A stretch of DNA of 64,000 nt from Ignavibacteria bacterium (GTDB lineage Bacteria; Bacteroidota; Ignavibacteria; Tepidaquicellales; Tepidaquicellaceae), in contig JAIBBK010000035.1 in NCBI GenBank assembly GCA_019694675.1, forward strand, positions 77,579-141,578. The letters are read 5' to 3'. Shown here piece by piece: positions 18,532 through 27,629 of the stretch. The notes under the pieces were generated by a model that had not been told where the DNA came from, made no database searches, and saw only the letters and a program-made list of their open reading frames with translations. The position numbers were made by a program, and so were the translations under genes. Every line of letters starts with the position of its first letter. Within the stretch, counting starts at the first letter, position 1.

Positions 18532-20555
18532 CAAAGAAAAGGATTCCGCTTATCACACTCGTCGGACAGCCGAACTCCGGCAAGACCACTATTTTCAATT
18601 TTCTGAGCGGAAAGAACTTCAAGACCGTCAATTATCCGGGCTCAACAGTGGAATACTACGTCTCAAGAATTCTCAGCAAGCATGCTGTGGATGCCAACAT
18701 ACTTGATTCACCCGGGATTATCAGTCTTGTCCCCTCTTCTCCTGACGAACGGCTCTCCGTTAAGGCGCTTCATTCGCATCCGGAGTACGGTGCACCGGAT
18801 CTGGTAATTGTAACTGTTGACAGCAGCCAGCTCTCGCGGCATCTTCTTCTTGTAAGACAGCTTCAGGATTCCGGCTTCAATGTAGTAGTTGCTTTGACCA
18901 TGATCGACATTCTTCACAGAAAGGGCTTCGATATATCAGAAACCAAGCTGAGCCAGCTGCTCGGATGCAAAGTTGTGCGCATTAACGGTAAGACAGGTGA
19001 AGGGATCGACAATTTGCTCGGCGCAGTCAAGGAAGGCATTACTTCAGAGCAGGCAGGACGGCGGCTTATTGAAACCAGGACCCCTAATTCAAAGAGAAAA
19101 GAGAAACTTCTCGAGTCATACCGGGAAATCGAAAGCATAGAAAATGAAGTTCTGTTCACTCTGAAGTCCGCAAAGGATGATTCGCGGTCGTCACTTGCAA
19201 GCATAAATGAACAGCTAATAGTGCTGGGAAACAATGTTCGCAACAGACCTGATGAGAACACCCTCAGGCTTGACAAAATACTCCTTCACAAGTTCTGGGG
19301 ACTTGCAGTGTTTGCGCTCATAATGTCAGTCACATTCACACTCATTTTCTGGCTTGCCGCTCCACTCATGGACCTTGTGAATGACGGTTTTTCAATTGCT
19401 TCCGAGTTTGCGTTTCAAGCGCTTGGAGACACATGGTACGGAAACCTGGTATCAAACGGGATCATAAGTGGCGTAGGTTCAGTAATGGTTTTCCTGCCTC
19501 AGATACTGATCCTGTTTCTTATTCTCGGTTTGCTTGAAGACAGCGGATATCTTGCACGGGGCGCAATGCTTGTGGATAAGCCGCTTTCTGCGATAGGACT
19601 GAACGGAAAATCATTTGTACCGATGCTTTCCGGATTTGCCTGCGCAATACCGGCTATTATGGCAACAAGGACAATCAGCAATAAACGCGAGAGATTTCTT
19701 ACGATATTCATCGTGCCTCTGATGAGCTGCAGCGCGAGGCTTCCTGTTTACGCACTCCTTACAGCTTTTCTCTTTCCTCCCGAAGACACACTGATGGGAG
19801 GAATCGCAATGACGGCGATCTATCTCTTCAGCATTGCCAGTTCTCTTGTGATCGCATCCATTGCAAACAGACTGAGCAAGTCAATCAGCAATCTGAACGA
19901 TCCTTCGTCATTCATACTTGAACTACCGGCTTACCGTAAACCTAAGCTTTCCGTTGTAGGCGCAAATTCGTTCAACAATGCTATGCAATATGTCAGGAAG
20001 GCAGGACCGGTGATCCTGTATCTGTCAGTGATACTTTGGGTGCTGACTTATTTTCCGAATCATACACCTCAGATAGACGGTGCCGGAAGATCCGAAGAAG
20101 AGATAGTTGAGTTAACCAATTCCGAGAGGATAGCAACATCTTATGCCTCCTATATGGGAAAGTTCCTTGAGCCGGTTCTGGAGCCGATAGGAATGGACTG
20201 GAGAGTAGGCGTTTCTCTGGTTGCCACGCTTGCGGCACGGGAAGTTTTCGTAAGTTCTCTGGCGCTTATGTTCAAAGTAACGGAAGCCGGAGACGATATT
20301 CAGAATTCATTACTTGATGCAATGAGGAATGCAAAGATAGAAGGCACAGGCATGAAGCTCTTTACAACAGCCACATCGATCGGGCTGATAGTGTTCTTCG
20401 TATTCGCACTTCAGTGCATATCAACGATTGCAATTGTGAGGAAGGAAACCGGAAGCTGGACTATCCCTGCACTTCAGCTTATTGCTTTCACGGGGCTTGC
20501 GTATTTTCTGACGTACATTACGGTGAACGGCCTGCGGTTCATTGGAGTAAATTAG
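18504..20555 (+). CDS. feoB: ferrous iron transporter B
   Basis: 683 aa. N-terminal G domain (LVGQPNSGKTTIFN, ILDSPGI) followed by a polytopic membrane domain. Confidence 0.92.
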   Translation: MYSDQTETLTKKRIPLITLVGQPNSGKTTIFNFLSGKNFKTVNYPGSTVEYYVSRILSKHAVDANILDSPGIISLVPSSPDERLSVKALHSHPEYGAPDLVIVTVDSSQLSRHLLLVRQLQDSGFNVVVALTMIDILHRKGFDISETKLSQLLGCKVVRINGKTGEGIDNLLGAVKEGITSEQAGRRLIETRTPNSKRKEKLLESYREIESIENEVLFTLKSAKDDSRSSLASINEQLIVLGNNVRNRPDENTLRLDKILLHKFWGLAVFALIMSVTFTLIFWLAAPLMDLVNDGFSIASEFAFQALGDTWYGNLVSNGIISGVGSVMVFLPQILILFLILGLLEDSGYLARGAMLVDKPLSAIGLNGKSFVPMLSGFACAIPAIMATRTISNKRERFLTIFIVPLMSCSARLPVYALLTAFLFPPEDTLMGGIAMTAIYLFSIASSLVIASIANRLSKSISNLNDPSSFILELPAYRKPKLSVVGANSFNNAMQYVRKAGPVILYLSVILWVLTYFPNHTPQIDGAGRSEEEIVELTNSERIATSYASYMGKFLEPVLEPIGMDWRVGVSLVATLAAREVFVSSLALMFKVTEAGDDIQNSLLDAMRNAKIEGTGMKLFTTATSIGLIVFFVFALQCISTIAIVRKETGSWTIPALQLIAFTGLAYFLTYITVNGLRFIGVN

Positions 20556-20609
20556 CGAGGCTTCCGAAAAGTAGTGTCAGTACAATAGCCCTGATAACCA
20601 CCGGTTCAC

Positions 20610-21713
20610 CTACACGTTAAATCTGAAATGGACTATGTCGCCATCTTCAACCACATAGTCCTTTCCTTCGATCTTCAAAAGCCCCTTCTCTTTCACGGCA
20701 TGCTCTGATCTAAGATCAGCAAAATCCGAGTATTTCATTATCTCAGCACGAATGAACCCCTTTTCAAAATCGGTATGGATCTCCCCTGCCGCCTGCGGTG
20801 CCTTACAGCCGTGATGCACAGGCCATGCATGCACTTCCTTCTCGCCCGCCGTAAAGAATGTTATCAGATCAAGAAGCCTGTAACTGCTTTTTATGAGCCG
20901 GTTCAGGCCTGAATCATCAAGCCCCATAGCCGAGATGAACTCACTTTTCTCTTCTTTGGATTCAAGCTGAGCAATTTCCGACTCCACCTCAACCGACAGG
21001 ATCAGAAACCCGGCGCCTTCCTTGTTTGCAACTTCATTGACCTTTTCCGAATAGGCATTTCCGCCGATGCTCTTGTCATCAACGTTCGCAACATAGAGAA
21101 CGGGTTTGTCAGTCAGCAAGTGAAGTTCATTTACTATCTGCCTGTCTTCAGGAGTCAGATTTTCTGTAAAGTATCTTCCGAGGCGTGAAGTGAGAAGATG
21201 TTCCTTCAATGATGTCAGAACGTCCGCTTCCTGCTTCACTTTCTTGTCACCTGTTTTCAGATTCTTGGTTGTGCGTTCCAGTCGTTTTTCAATCGTTTCA
21301 AGGTCCTTGAGTATGAGTTCGTATTCTATTATCTCTATATCCCTGACAGGATCTATGTTCTCTTCAACATGAATGATGTTGTCATTCTCAAAGCAACGAA
21401 CGAGATGAACGATTGCATCAACTTCCCTTATATGGGAAAGGAACTGATTGCCAAGCCCTTCACCTTTTGATGCACCTTTGACAAGTCCCGCTATGTCAAC
21501 AAACTCTACTGTGGCAGGGATCACTTTTTTAGGGTTGAATATCTCAACAAGCATGTCAACCCTTTCATCAGGGACAATCACCATGCCGACATTCGGATCG
21601 ATCGTGCAGAACGGATAATTTGCCGCCTCGGCATTTCTTGTTTCTGTAAGTGCATTGAAGAGGGTTGATTTTCCAACATTAGGCATTCCCACTATGCCGC
21701 ACCTTAATGACAT
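20610..21713 (-). CDS. ychF: redox-regulated ribosome-binding ATPase YchF
   Basis: 367 aa. CGIVGMPNVGKSTLFNALT G1 motif and overall YchF/OLA1 layout. Confidence 0.92.
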   Translation of the reverse strand: MSLRCGIVGMPNVGKSTLFNALTETRNAEAANYPFCTIDPNVGMVIVPDERVDMLVEIFNPKKVIPATVEFVDIAGLVKGASKGEGLGNQFLSHIREVDAIVHLVRCFENDNIIHVEENIDPVRDIEIIEYELILKDLETIEKRLERTTKNLKTGDKKVKQEADVLTSLKEHLLTSRLGRYFTENLTPEDRQIVNELHLLTDKPVLYVANVDDKSIGGNAYSEKVNEVANKEGAGFLILSVEVESEIAQLESKEEKSEFISAMGLDDSGLNRLIKSSYRLLDLITFFTAGEKEVHAWPVHHGCKAPQAAGEIHTDFEKGFIRAEIMKYSDFADLRSEHAVKEKGLLKIEGKDYVVEDGDIVHFRFNV

Positions 21714-21716
21714 ATC

Positions 21717-22364
21717 TCAGCCAATTATGAATTTTGAAATTATTAAGTACGAAAATCCGAACACCATAGGTATTACAATGTTGTCATCGATCTTCAAAGG
21801 GATAAGTTCTGCAATCGACGTAACAAGCACTGAGGCAACTCCCGCAATTATGTTCATACCCTCTGCAGTGAGTTCAGACATAAGTAATACGATTGCAAGT
21901 CCTGATGCGACAAACGCAGCACTGCCTTCAAGTGTCTTGCCGTTGCCGATCTTTACCCTGCCAAAACGCATTCCTGTTATGGCAGCCATTGAATCCGCAA
22001 AAACAACAATCAGCATTGAAGCTATTGCAACCTGCTTCGGGAAGAGAATTGCGCACATGAGAAATGCCAGCACAATGTAAGTTCCCCCGGTGAAGCTGTT
22101 ACCGCCTTTGTGTGATTCGTGATGCCTGAGGATCTTCCCCAGGATCTTGTCATAGAATGACCTGAAGCTATCGGAATTGATCCTTGCAACATCTATTGCG
22201 AGCGCAGTAACGAACATTACGGACAGCAGTATGATCTCCGTTTCCCTCTCAATAAAAAAGTAGGTGAAAGGGATAACAGATGAAGACAGATGAATTGACT
22301 TTCGGTAAAGCTCGTATTTCAGTTCAGGCTTATTATGCATTTTCCTGGAATTACACGGGAGCAT
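21717..22364 (-). CDS. CTP-dependent polyprenol/phytol kinase-like membrane protein (SEC59/VTE5/CdsA superfamily)
   Basis: 215 aa, polytopic. YRKSIHLSS and FADSMAAITGMRFGRVKIGNGKTLEGSAAF. Confidence 0.65.
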   Translation of the reverse strand: MLPCNSRKMHNKPELKYELYRKSIHLSSSVIPFTYFFIERETEIILLSVMFVTALAIDVARINSDSFRSFYDKILGKILRHHESHKGGNSFTGGTYIVLAFLMCAILFPKQVAIASMLIVVFADSMAAITGMRFGRVKIGNGKTLEGSAAFVASGLAIVLLMSELTAEGMNIIAGVASVLVTSIAELIPLKIDDNIVIPMVFGFSYLIISKFIIG

Positions 22365-22435
22365 TGATCTTCACAGGTGCGTGAATGACTTATCCTGCGG
22401 AACGGGGCTTCATTCCTGATCTTCTCCAAAACCTC

Positions 22436-22462
22436 AAAAAAAAAGCGAGTAGCAATACTCGC
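22436..22462 (-). terminator. rho-independent terminator downstream of ftsH
   Basis: Stem GCGAGTA / TACTCGC (22445-22451 and 22456-22462) with a GCAA tetraloop. A run of 9 A on the plus strand (22436-22444) reads as a U-tract on the minus strand. Confidence 0.6.
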
Positions 22463-22483
22463 TTTTCCAAAAAGCCGGTTGGT

Positions 22484-24502
22484 TCAGTTTGCCAGTGCAA
22501 CATCGCCCGGCGCGTAGCTGTCGCCTTTGAGCTTTCTTTCCTTTTCTTTCTGAACTTCGGCGGAAGGCGCAACTTTCTCCGGTTCTGACTTCACAAAGGG
22601 TGGAAGTTCTTCACCTCTCATTATCATATCTATCTCAGCCGAATCAAGAATTTCTCTTTCGAGAAGCGCATCAGACATCTTATGCAGTTTGTCAATGTTT
22701 TCAAAGAGGATCTTCTCAGCCCTGTCCATGCCGCTTTGAACGATCTTCTTAACTTCTTCATCAATCATTATCTGAGTGCTTTCGCTGTAATCTTTGTGCT
22801 GATGAATCTCCCTTCCAAGAAATATCTCCTCCTGCTTCTGCCCGTATGAGATAGGACCAAGTTTTTCACTCATTCCGAATTCACAGACCATCTTTCTTGC
22901 CATACCGGATGCACGTTCAATATCATTTGACGCACCGGTTGTATATTCATTGAATATCAGCTTCTCTGCGGCTCTGCCTCCCATTGCATATGCGATCATG
23001 GCTTCGAGATGTTCCTTTGAATATGTATGCTTCTCATCCATCGGAAGATATGTTGTGACACCAAGCGCCCTTCCGCGGGGAATGATCGTGACCTTATGAA
23101 CAGGGTCGGCCTCCGGGATCATCTTCGCGACAATTACGTGACCGCTTTCGTGATAAGCAGTTGTCTTCTTTTCTCTGTCCGAAATTATAAGACTCTTCCT
23201 TGCAGTACCCATCATCACCTTGTCTTTGGCCTCTTCAAAATCCCGCATAGTAACCATCTCGGAGTTCTTCCTGGCCGCAAGCAATGCCGCCTCATTGACA
23301 AGATTTGCAAGGTCTGCTCCTGAGAATCCGGGTGTTCCTTTTGCAAGAACTTCAACAGAAACATCCTTCGACATCGGGGTTTTCCTTGTGTGTACTTTCA
23401 GAATTCCTTCCCTGCCTTTCACGTCAGGCCTGTCAACAACCACCTGCCTGTCAAATCTGCCGGGCCTGAGCAATGCCGGATCAAGAATGTCGGGACGGTT
23501 TGTGGCTGCTATGATTATCACTCCGTTGTTCTGCTCAAATCCATCCATTTCTATGAGCAGTTGATTCAGAGTCTGTTCCCTTTCATCATGTCCGCCGCCA
23601 AGGCCCGCGCCTCTGTGCCTACCCACTGCATCTATTTCGTCTATGAAGATTATGCACGGGGCATTTTTCTTTCCCTGTTCGAACAAGTCCCTTACCCTTG
23701 ATGCTCCAACTCCGACAAACATTTCCACAAAGTCAGCACCGCTGATCGAGAAGAAAGGAACACCCGCTTCACCTGCCACGGCTCTTGCAAGAAGCGTCTT
23801 GCCCGTTCCGGGAGGGCCTAAAAGAAGCACGCCTCTGGGGATCTTTCCTCCGAGTTTCTGAAACTTGCCGGGTGATTTGAGAAATTCAATTATCTCCGAC
23901 AACTCTTCCTTTGCTTCATCGGCACCTGCCACATCCTGGAATGTGACCTTTGTGGCGCTTTCACTGAGCAGTTTTGCCTTTGACTTTCCAAATGAGAAAA
24001 TATTCTTTGAGCCGCCTGCGCCTGCCTGCATTCTGCGCATTATGATAATCCAGAAGACAATTATAAGAAGCCACGGGAGTGCGCCGAGGAAAGGTGCAAG
24101 CCATCCGCCGTCGTCTCTTTCGACGCTGTACTGGATGCCCGCTTCATTCCATGTCTTAAGGACGTTATCGTCAAGATTGGAGTAAGGGAGAAGAACGGAG
24201 AACCTGTCAATAGTAAGCGTTCTGTTGCCTACCGTAACCGGTTCGGGTGCCTTAAGCTTTCCAAGAAACTCGTAGGTGTTGTCTGCTTTCTTGATGACAG
24301 CGCTTTCAATTTTCTTGTCGCTTACAAACTTCAGGAACTGATCGTACTTCAATTCTGAGAACTTCCCGTCATTTCCCTTAGTGTATATCATGATAAGAAA
24401 GAATCCAATGAGGATTGCGCTCCAACCGAGGACAATCTTGAAAACCCTGTTCCAGTTGAAGTCGTCGCCGTTCTTATTCGGGTTCTTACCGGAGTTATTC
24501 AT
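22484..24502 (-). CDS. ftsH: ATP-dependent zinc metalloprotease FtsH
   Basis: 672 aa. Two N-terminal TM segments, AAA+ Walker [14 protein letters not shown] and zinc motif HESGH. Confidence 0.95.
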   Translation of the reverse strand: MNNSGKNPNKNGDDFNWNRVFKIVLGWSAILIGFFLIMIYTKGNDGKFSELKYDQFLKFVSDKKIESAVIKKADNTYEFLGKLKAPEPVTVGNRTLTIDRFSVLLPYSNLDDNVLKTWNEAGIQYSVERDDGGWLAPFLGALPWLLIIVFWIIIMRRMQAGAGGSKNIFSFGKSKAKLLSESATKVTFQDVAGADEAKEELSEIIEFLKSPGKFQKLGGKIPRGVLLLGPPGTGKTLLARAVAGEAGVPFFSISGADFVEMFVGVGASRVRDLFEQGKKNAPCIIFIDEIDAVGRHRGAGLGGGHDEREQTLNQLLIEMDGFEQNNGVIIIAATNRPDILDPALLRPGRFDRQVVVDRPDVKGREGILKVHTRKTPMSKDVSVEVLAKGTPGFSGADLANLVNEAALLAARKNSEMVTMRDFEEAKDKVMMGTARKSLIISDREKKTTAYHESGHVIVAKMIPEADPVHKVTIIPRGRALGVTTYLPMDEKHTYSKEHLEAMIAYAMGGRAAEKLIFNEYTTGASNDIERASGMARKMVCEFGMSEKLGPISYGQKQEEIFLGREIHQHKDYSESTQIMIDEEVKKIVQSGMDRAEKILFENIDKLHKMSDALLEREILDSAEIDMIMRGEELPPFVKSEPEKVAPSAEVQKEKERKLKGDSYAPGDVALAN

Positions 24503-24526
24503 TTACTAAGCTGGGATGTTTAAAAT

Positions 24527-25036
24527 TCATTCCTGTAACACATAAACGGCTTTTAAATTCCTGTATTTCTGAGCGAAATCCAGGCCATAGCCGATCACAA
24601 ATTCGTTTTCAATTTCAAATCCAATATAATCAATTTCGAAATCAATTTTGCATATATCTTTCTTGTACAGAAGCGTCACAAACCGCAGTGAGGCAGGCTT
24701 TTCCTTCAGTATGAGCTTTCTCAGATAGCTGACCGAGAGCCCGGTGTCTACAATGTCTTCGATCAGGACAATGTCCCTTCCCTTTATCTGGCAGTTGAGC
24801 TCTTTCAGCAACTTCACCTCGCCTGATGAGATCTTCTCGTCCCCGTAGCTGGAAAGTTTTATGAAATCAATTTCGCAATCAACCTTCAATTCTCGCACAA
24901 GGTCCGCAATGAGTATGAAAGAGCCGTTCAGCACACCAATGAAGATAGGCTGTTTACCTTTGTAGTCTCTGTTGATCTTACGGGCTATCGCCTTTATTCT
25001 CTTCGAAATCTTCTCAGCCGAAATCAGTTCTTTCAT
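24527..25036 (-). CDS. hpt: hypoxanthine phosphoribosyltransferase
   Basis: IGVLNGSFILIADLVREL and PRPP motif IVLIEDIVDTGLS. ATG 25036 (MKELISAEKI) is preferred over the TTG at 25081. Confidence 0.88.
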   Translation of the reverse strand: MKELISAEKISKRIKAIARKINRDYKGKQPIFIGVLNGSFILIADLVRELKVDCEIDFIKLSSYGDEKISSGEVKLLKELNCQIKGRDIVLIEDIVDTGLSVSYLRKLILKEKPASLRFVTLLYKKDICKIDFEIDYIGFEIENEFVIGYGLDFAQKYRNLKAVYVLQE

Positions 25037-25110
25037 AATCCGTTTATCACTAAAAACAAAAAACCCATTGAAACACGACAATGGGTTTGAGATCCGTAAA
25101 AATTCAACTC

Positions 25111-25308
25111 TCAGCTGTTTTCTTCAGCAAGCAGTCGCTTTGTCTTTCTGATGGCTCTCTCTTTGTCCATTTTCTTCTCTACGGAAGGCTTTGTATAAAA
25201 CATCCTCCTCCTGAATTCCTTGAGCAAACCGGATTTTTCATACTTTTTCTTGAACCTCTTGAGCGCCTTGTCTATCGACTCGCCGTCCTGAATTACAACT
25301 TTAAGCAA
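25111..25308 (-). CDS. rpsU: 30S ribosomal protein S21
   Basis: 65 aa, basic. ALKRFKKKYEKSGLLKEFRRR. TTG start. Confidence 0.88.
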   Translation of the reverse strand: MLKVVIQDGESIDKALKRFKKKYEKSGLLKEFRRRMFYTKPSVEKKMDKERAIRKTKRLLAEENS

Positions 25309-25340
25309 ATTGATTACCTCTTTCGTTTAAATTTTGACTA

Positions 25341-25348
25341 CAAATATA
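25341..25348 (-). promoter_or_regulatory. candidate FCB-type -7 promoter box (TAnnTTTG) for rpsU
   Basis: The minus strand reads TATATTTG, 32 nt upstream of the rpsU start. Confidence 0.3.
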
Positions 25349-25540
25349 CACCTTAAGCCTCATTTATACAATCAATTTATTGCCCTCTGAGCTTAACCGG
25401 CCGCTGTTTAGGATATGCTCAGATGAGCTGACGCGGAGGCAGATTTTCCGGGGAAGTGCTCCGGACTTCAGCAAGCTGTGAAAAAGATCTCAGCGGTATC
25501 TCATAACCAAGGCCGTGACTGATCTCAAAAGCACTGATCC

Positions 25541-27466
25541 TCAGTCCCTCTTCAGCCTTATGCGCCTTTCTGCAATATCAGAAGCTGTTGAAATTCTTAC
25601 AAAATAGACCCCGTCAGGATTTTCGCTGATGTCCACAGGGAATGAGCCCTCCCGAATGTAACCGAGATCCTGTTCATAGACCATATTCATCATCTCATCC
25701 AGCAGAACGAGCGATACGGAGTCCGGCTCATTGAGAAATACCTCAAGCTCAAATTTGCCGCTGTTTCTCGGTGGAAATACATTCAGCAAAGGCGTCTTGT
25801 CAGATGTGTATGAAGTTGTTCCGTTCCCTTCGATCCTGAAATTGTGTATAAGAAGATTCCCGAAATCCGATACAAAGGACTTTATGAGTCTTCCCTTCAA
25901 ATCGAGGATCCTCACAAACCCCGAACCGCCTTCAGGATTGAACCAAAACTCCAGACCGTCTCCCGCGGTATCAAGCACTTCGAGAGTGTAACAGCCCTGC
26001 CGGAGTGAAAAAGTATCGGAGTACAGTTTTCCGGCATTGAGTTCGTCCGGTTTGAGACTGAAGACAATATTGCCGAATGAGTCTTTGATTCTGCAGTATG
26101 AAGAGGTTGAGTCATTGTTGGTTCTGAACGCGATAATGAATTTATCATAGACCGGCACAGGGTTCGGTATAACTTCCTTGGAATTATCGCCCTCATATTC
26201 ATCAGGCATACCGTTTGGGGTAGACACTGATACAAAGAATTTTTCGCCGTCTCCGAAAATGAATTCCCCGGGAAGCGTGATCATTACCGACTCGTTAGTT
26301 CCAAGCTCCCCTGTCCACATATAATGAAGTCCGCTGCGGGATGTTCCGTAATTGAACTCAAGGCTCCTGATGGAGTTTCTTCCGTAGTTCTTTATTACGA
26401 CTGCAGGACCGGAACAGACAGGATCATTCCTTGTGCTTCGGGTTCCGTCTGTAGGAGCAACAATTTCCACAAGCCCGGCATCATTTTCAGCAAGGGGTTC
26501 AGAGTAATGGAAGATGTAGGAAGAGAATTCATAATTGGCTGTTGGCTTGCTTCTGTTGATGTAGGGTTCCATGTTGATATCAAGAGTATGCGACTTGCGG
26601 TAAGAGACCTTGAGATCGAGTATGTCCGGAGCAACCATATCGCCCGGGCACCAGTTTGCCCTGTCAAATATCCAAGTGCCCGCCTGAGGGAACAGAGGAT
26701 TGTCACTGCATTCCTTCCATACATTCTTCCTGCTGATGAGCTTTCCGTCGAGATAGATGGACCTTGACTTTGCGCAGAACTCGGCACAATTCTCAAGATC
26801 ATCCATTCCGTGACCTGTCTGAAGTATTCTCAGCCGGGAGATTGCTGTTCCTTCCGGCGTTTTGAATTTTCGCGGAGAGAGATATGACTCAATGGAATTT
26901 GCCGTATCACCGTAAGGGAAATTTCCTTTCCAGAACTCTTCCATCCCGAGAAGTTCCATAGCCGGCGTGCCTTCTGTCAGTTCAAATGTGACAGTGACAA
27001 GCCAGCCGCGGTCCTTGTTGCTTTCATAGCCTGTGTGTATGAATTCGATCTCCAGGGAATCGTGAAACAAAGGGGCAAAATCCGTAATGTCCGCAGTCCA
27101 TGAAAATTTCCAGTCGCTTGTGAATCTTGAGCCGTAAGGAGAGATCATCCTTGCTATTTCGAAGTTCAGTGTATCCTCACTGATTCCTCCTTTCCTTCTG
27201 ATCAGGACCTTGTCTATGTAGTCCCATTCACCGCACTTAAGCGACTCCGGACACTGATATGTAATTCTGAGAAGCGCATGCCTGTACATTATGCTCTTTG
27301 ACGGAAAGAGGGTCCATGCGGGATAAGAGTTGTACCCTTTCACGGGATCCGTCACAACCTGTACCCTGTCATGCGAATTGACGACGCGTACTTTTGCACT
27401 GCCGGCAATTGATGCACCTGCAAAGGACATCAGCAATATGAGTAATGACGGGACGAAGGATCTCAT
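25541..27466 (-). CDS. secreted PNGase F-like (peptide-N-glycosidase F fold) protein with C-terminal beta-sandwich domains and a degenerate T9SS sorting domain
   Basis: ATG 27466 gives the signal peptide MRSFVPSLLILLMSFAGASIAG. CGEWDYIDKV, CAEFCAKSRSIYLDG and FDRANWCPGDMVAPDILDL parallel the Cys-containing motifs of Elizabethkingia PNGase F as I recall them. The C-terminal end is GVYFVRISTASDIAERRIRLKRD. Confidence 0.65.
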   Translation of the reverse strand: MRSFVPSLLILLMSFAGASIAGSAKVRVVNSHDRVQVVTDPVKGYNSYPAWTLFPSKSIMYRHALLRITYQCPESLKCGEWDYIDKVLIRRKGGISEDTLNFEIARMISPYGSRFTSDWKFSWTADITDFAPLFHDSLEIEFIHTGYESNKDRGWLVTVTFELTEGTPAMELLGMEEFWKGNFPYGDTANSIESYLSPRKFKTPEGTAISRLRILQTGHGMDDLENCAEFCAKSRSIYLDGKLISRKNVWKECSDNPLFPQAGTWIFDRANWCPGDMVAPDILDLKVSYRKSHTLDINMEPYINRSKPTANYEFSSYIFHYSEPLAENDAGLVEIVAPTDGTRSTRNDPVCSGPAVVIKNYGRNSIRSLEFNYGTSRSGLHYMWTGELGTNESVMITLPGEFIFGDGEKFFVSVSTPNGMPDEYEGDNSKEVIPNPVPVYDKFIIAFRTNNDSTSSYCRIKDSFGNIVFSLKPDELNAGKLYSDTFSLRQGCYTLEVLDTAGDGLEFWFNPEGGSGFVRILDLKGRLIKSFVSDFGNLLIHNFRIEGNGTTSYTSDKTPLLNVFPPRNSGKFELEVFLNEPDSVSLVLLDEMMNMVYEQDLGYIREGSFPVDISENPDGVYFVRISTASDIAERRIRLKRD

Positions 27467-27562
27467 GGCTTGCCGGAAAATTATTGAAGATGAATATCGT
27501 AAGCAATTCATTCCCTGGGAAAGGCTCTTGCACAAAAACTTTTGATCAGATTTGTTATCTTT

Positions 27563-27580
27563 ACCGAATCTTAATTCGGT
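27563..27580. repeat. inverted repeat in the divergent PNGase-like / metzincin promoter region
   Basis: ACCGAAT ctta ATTCGGT, a 7-bp stem with a 4-nt loop, 50 nt upstream of the metzincin ATG. Confidence 0.3.
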
Positions 27581-27629
27581 GTTCCTCCGTTCTATCCACA
27601 CCGCAAAATTACTAAATCAAAATTTCCTA

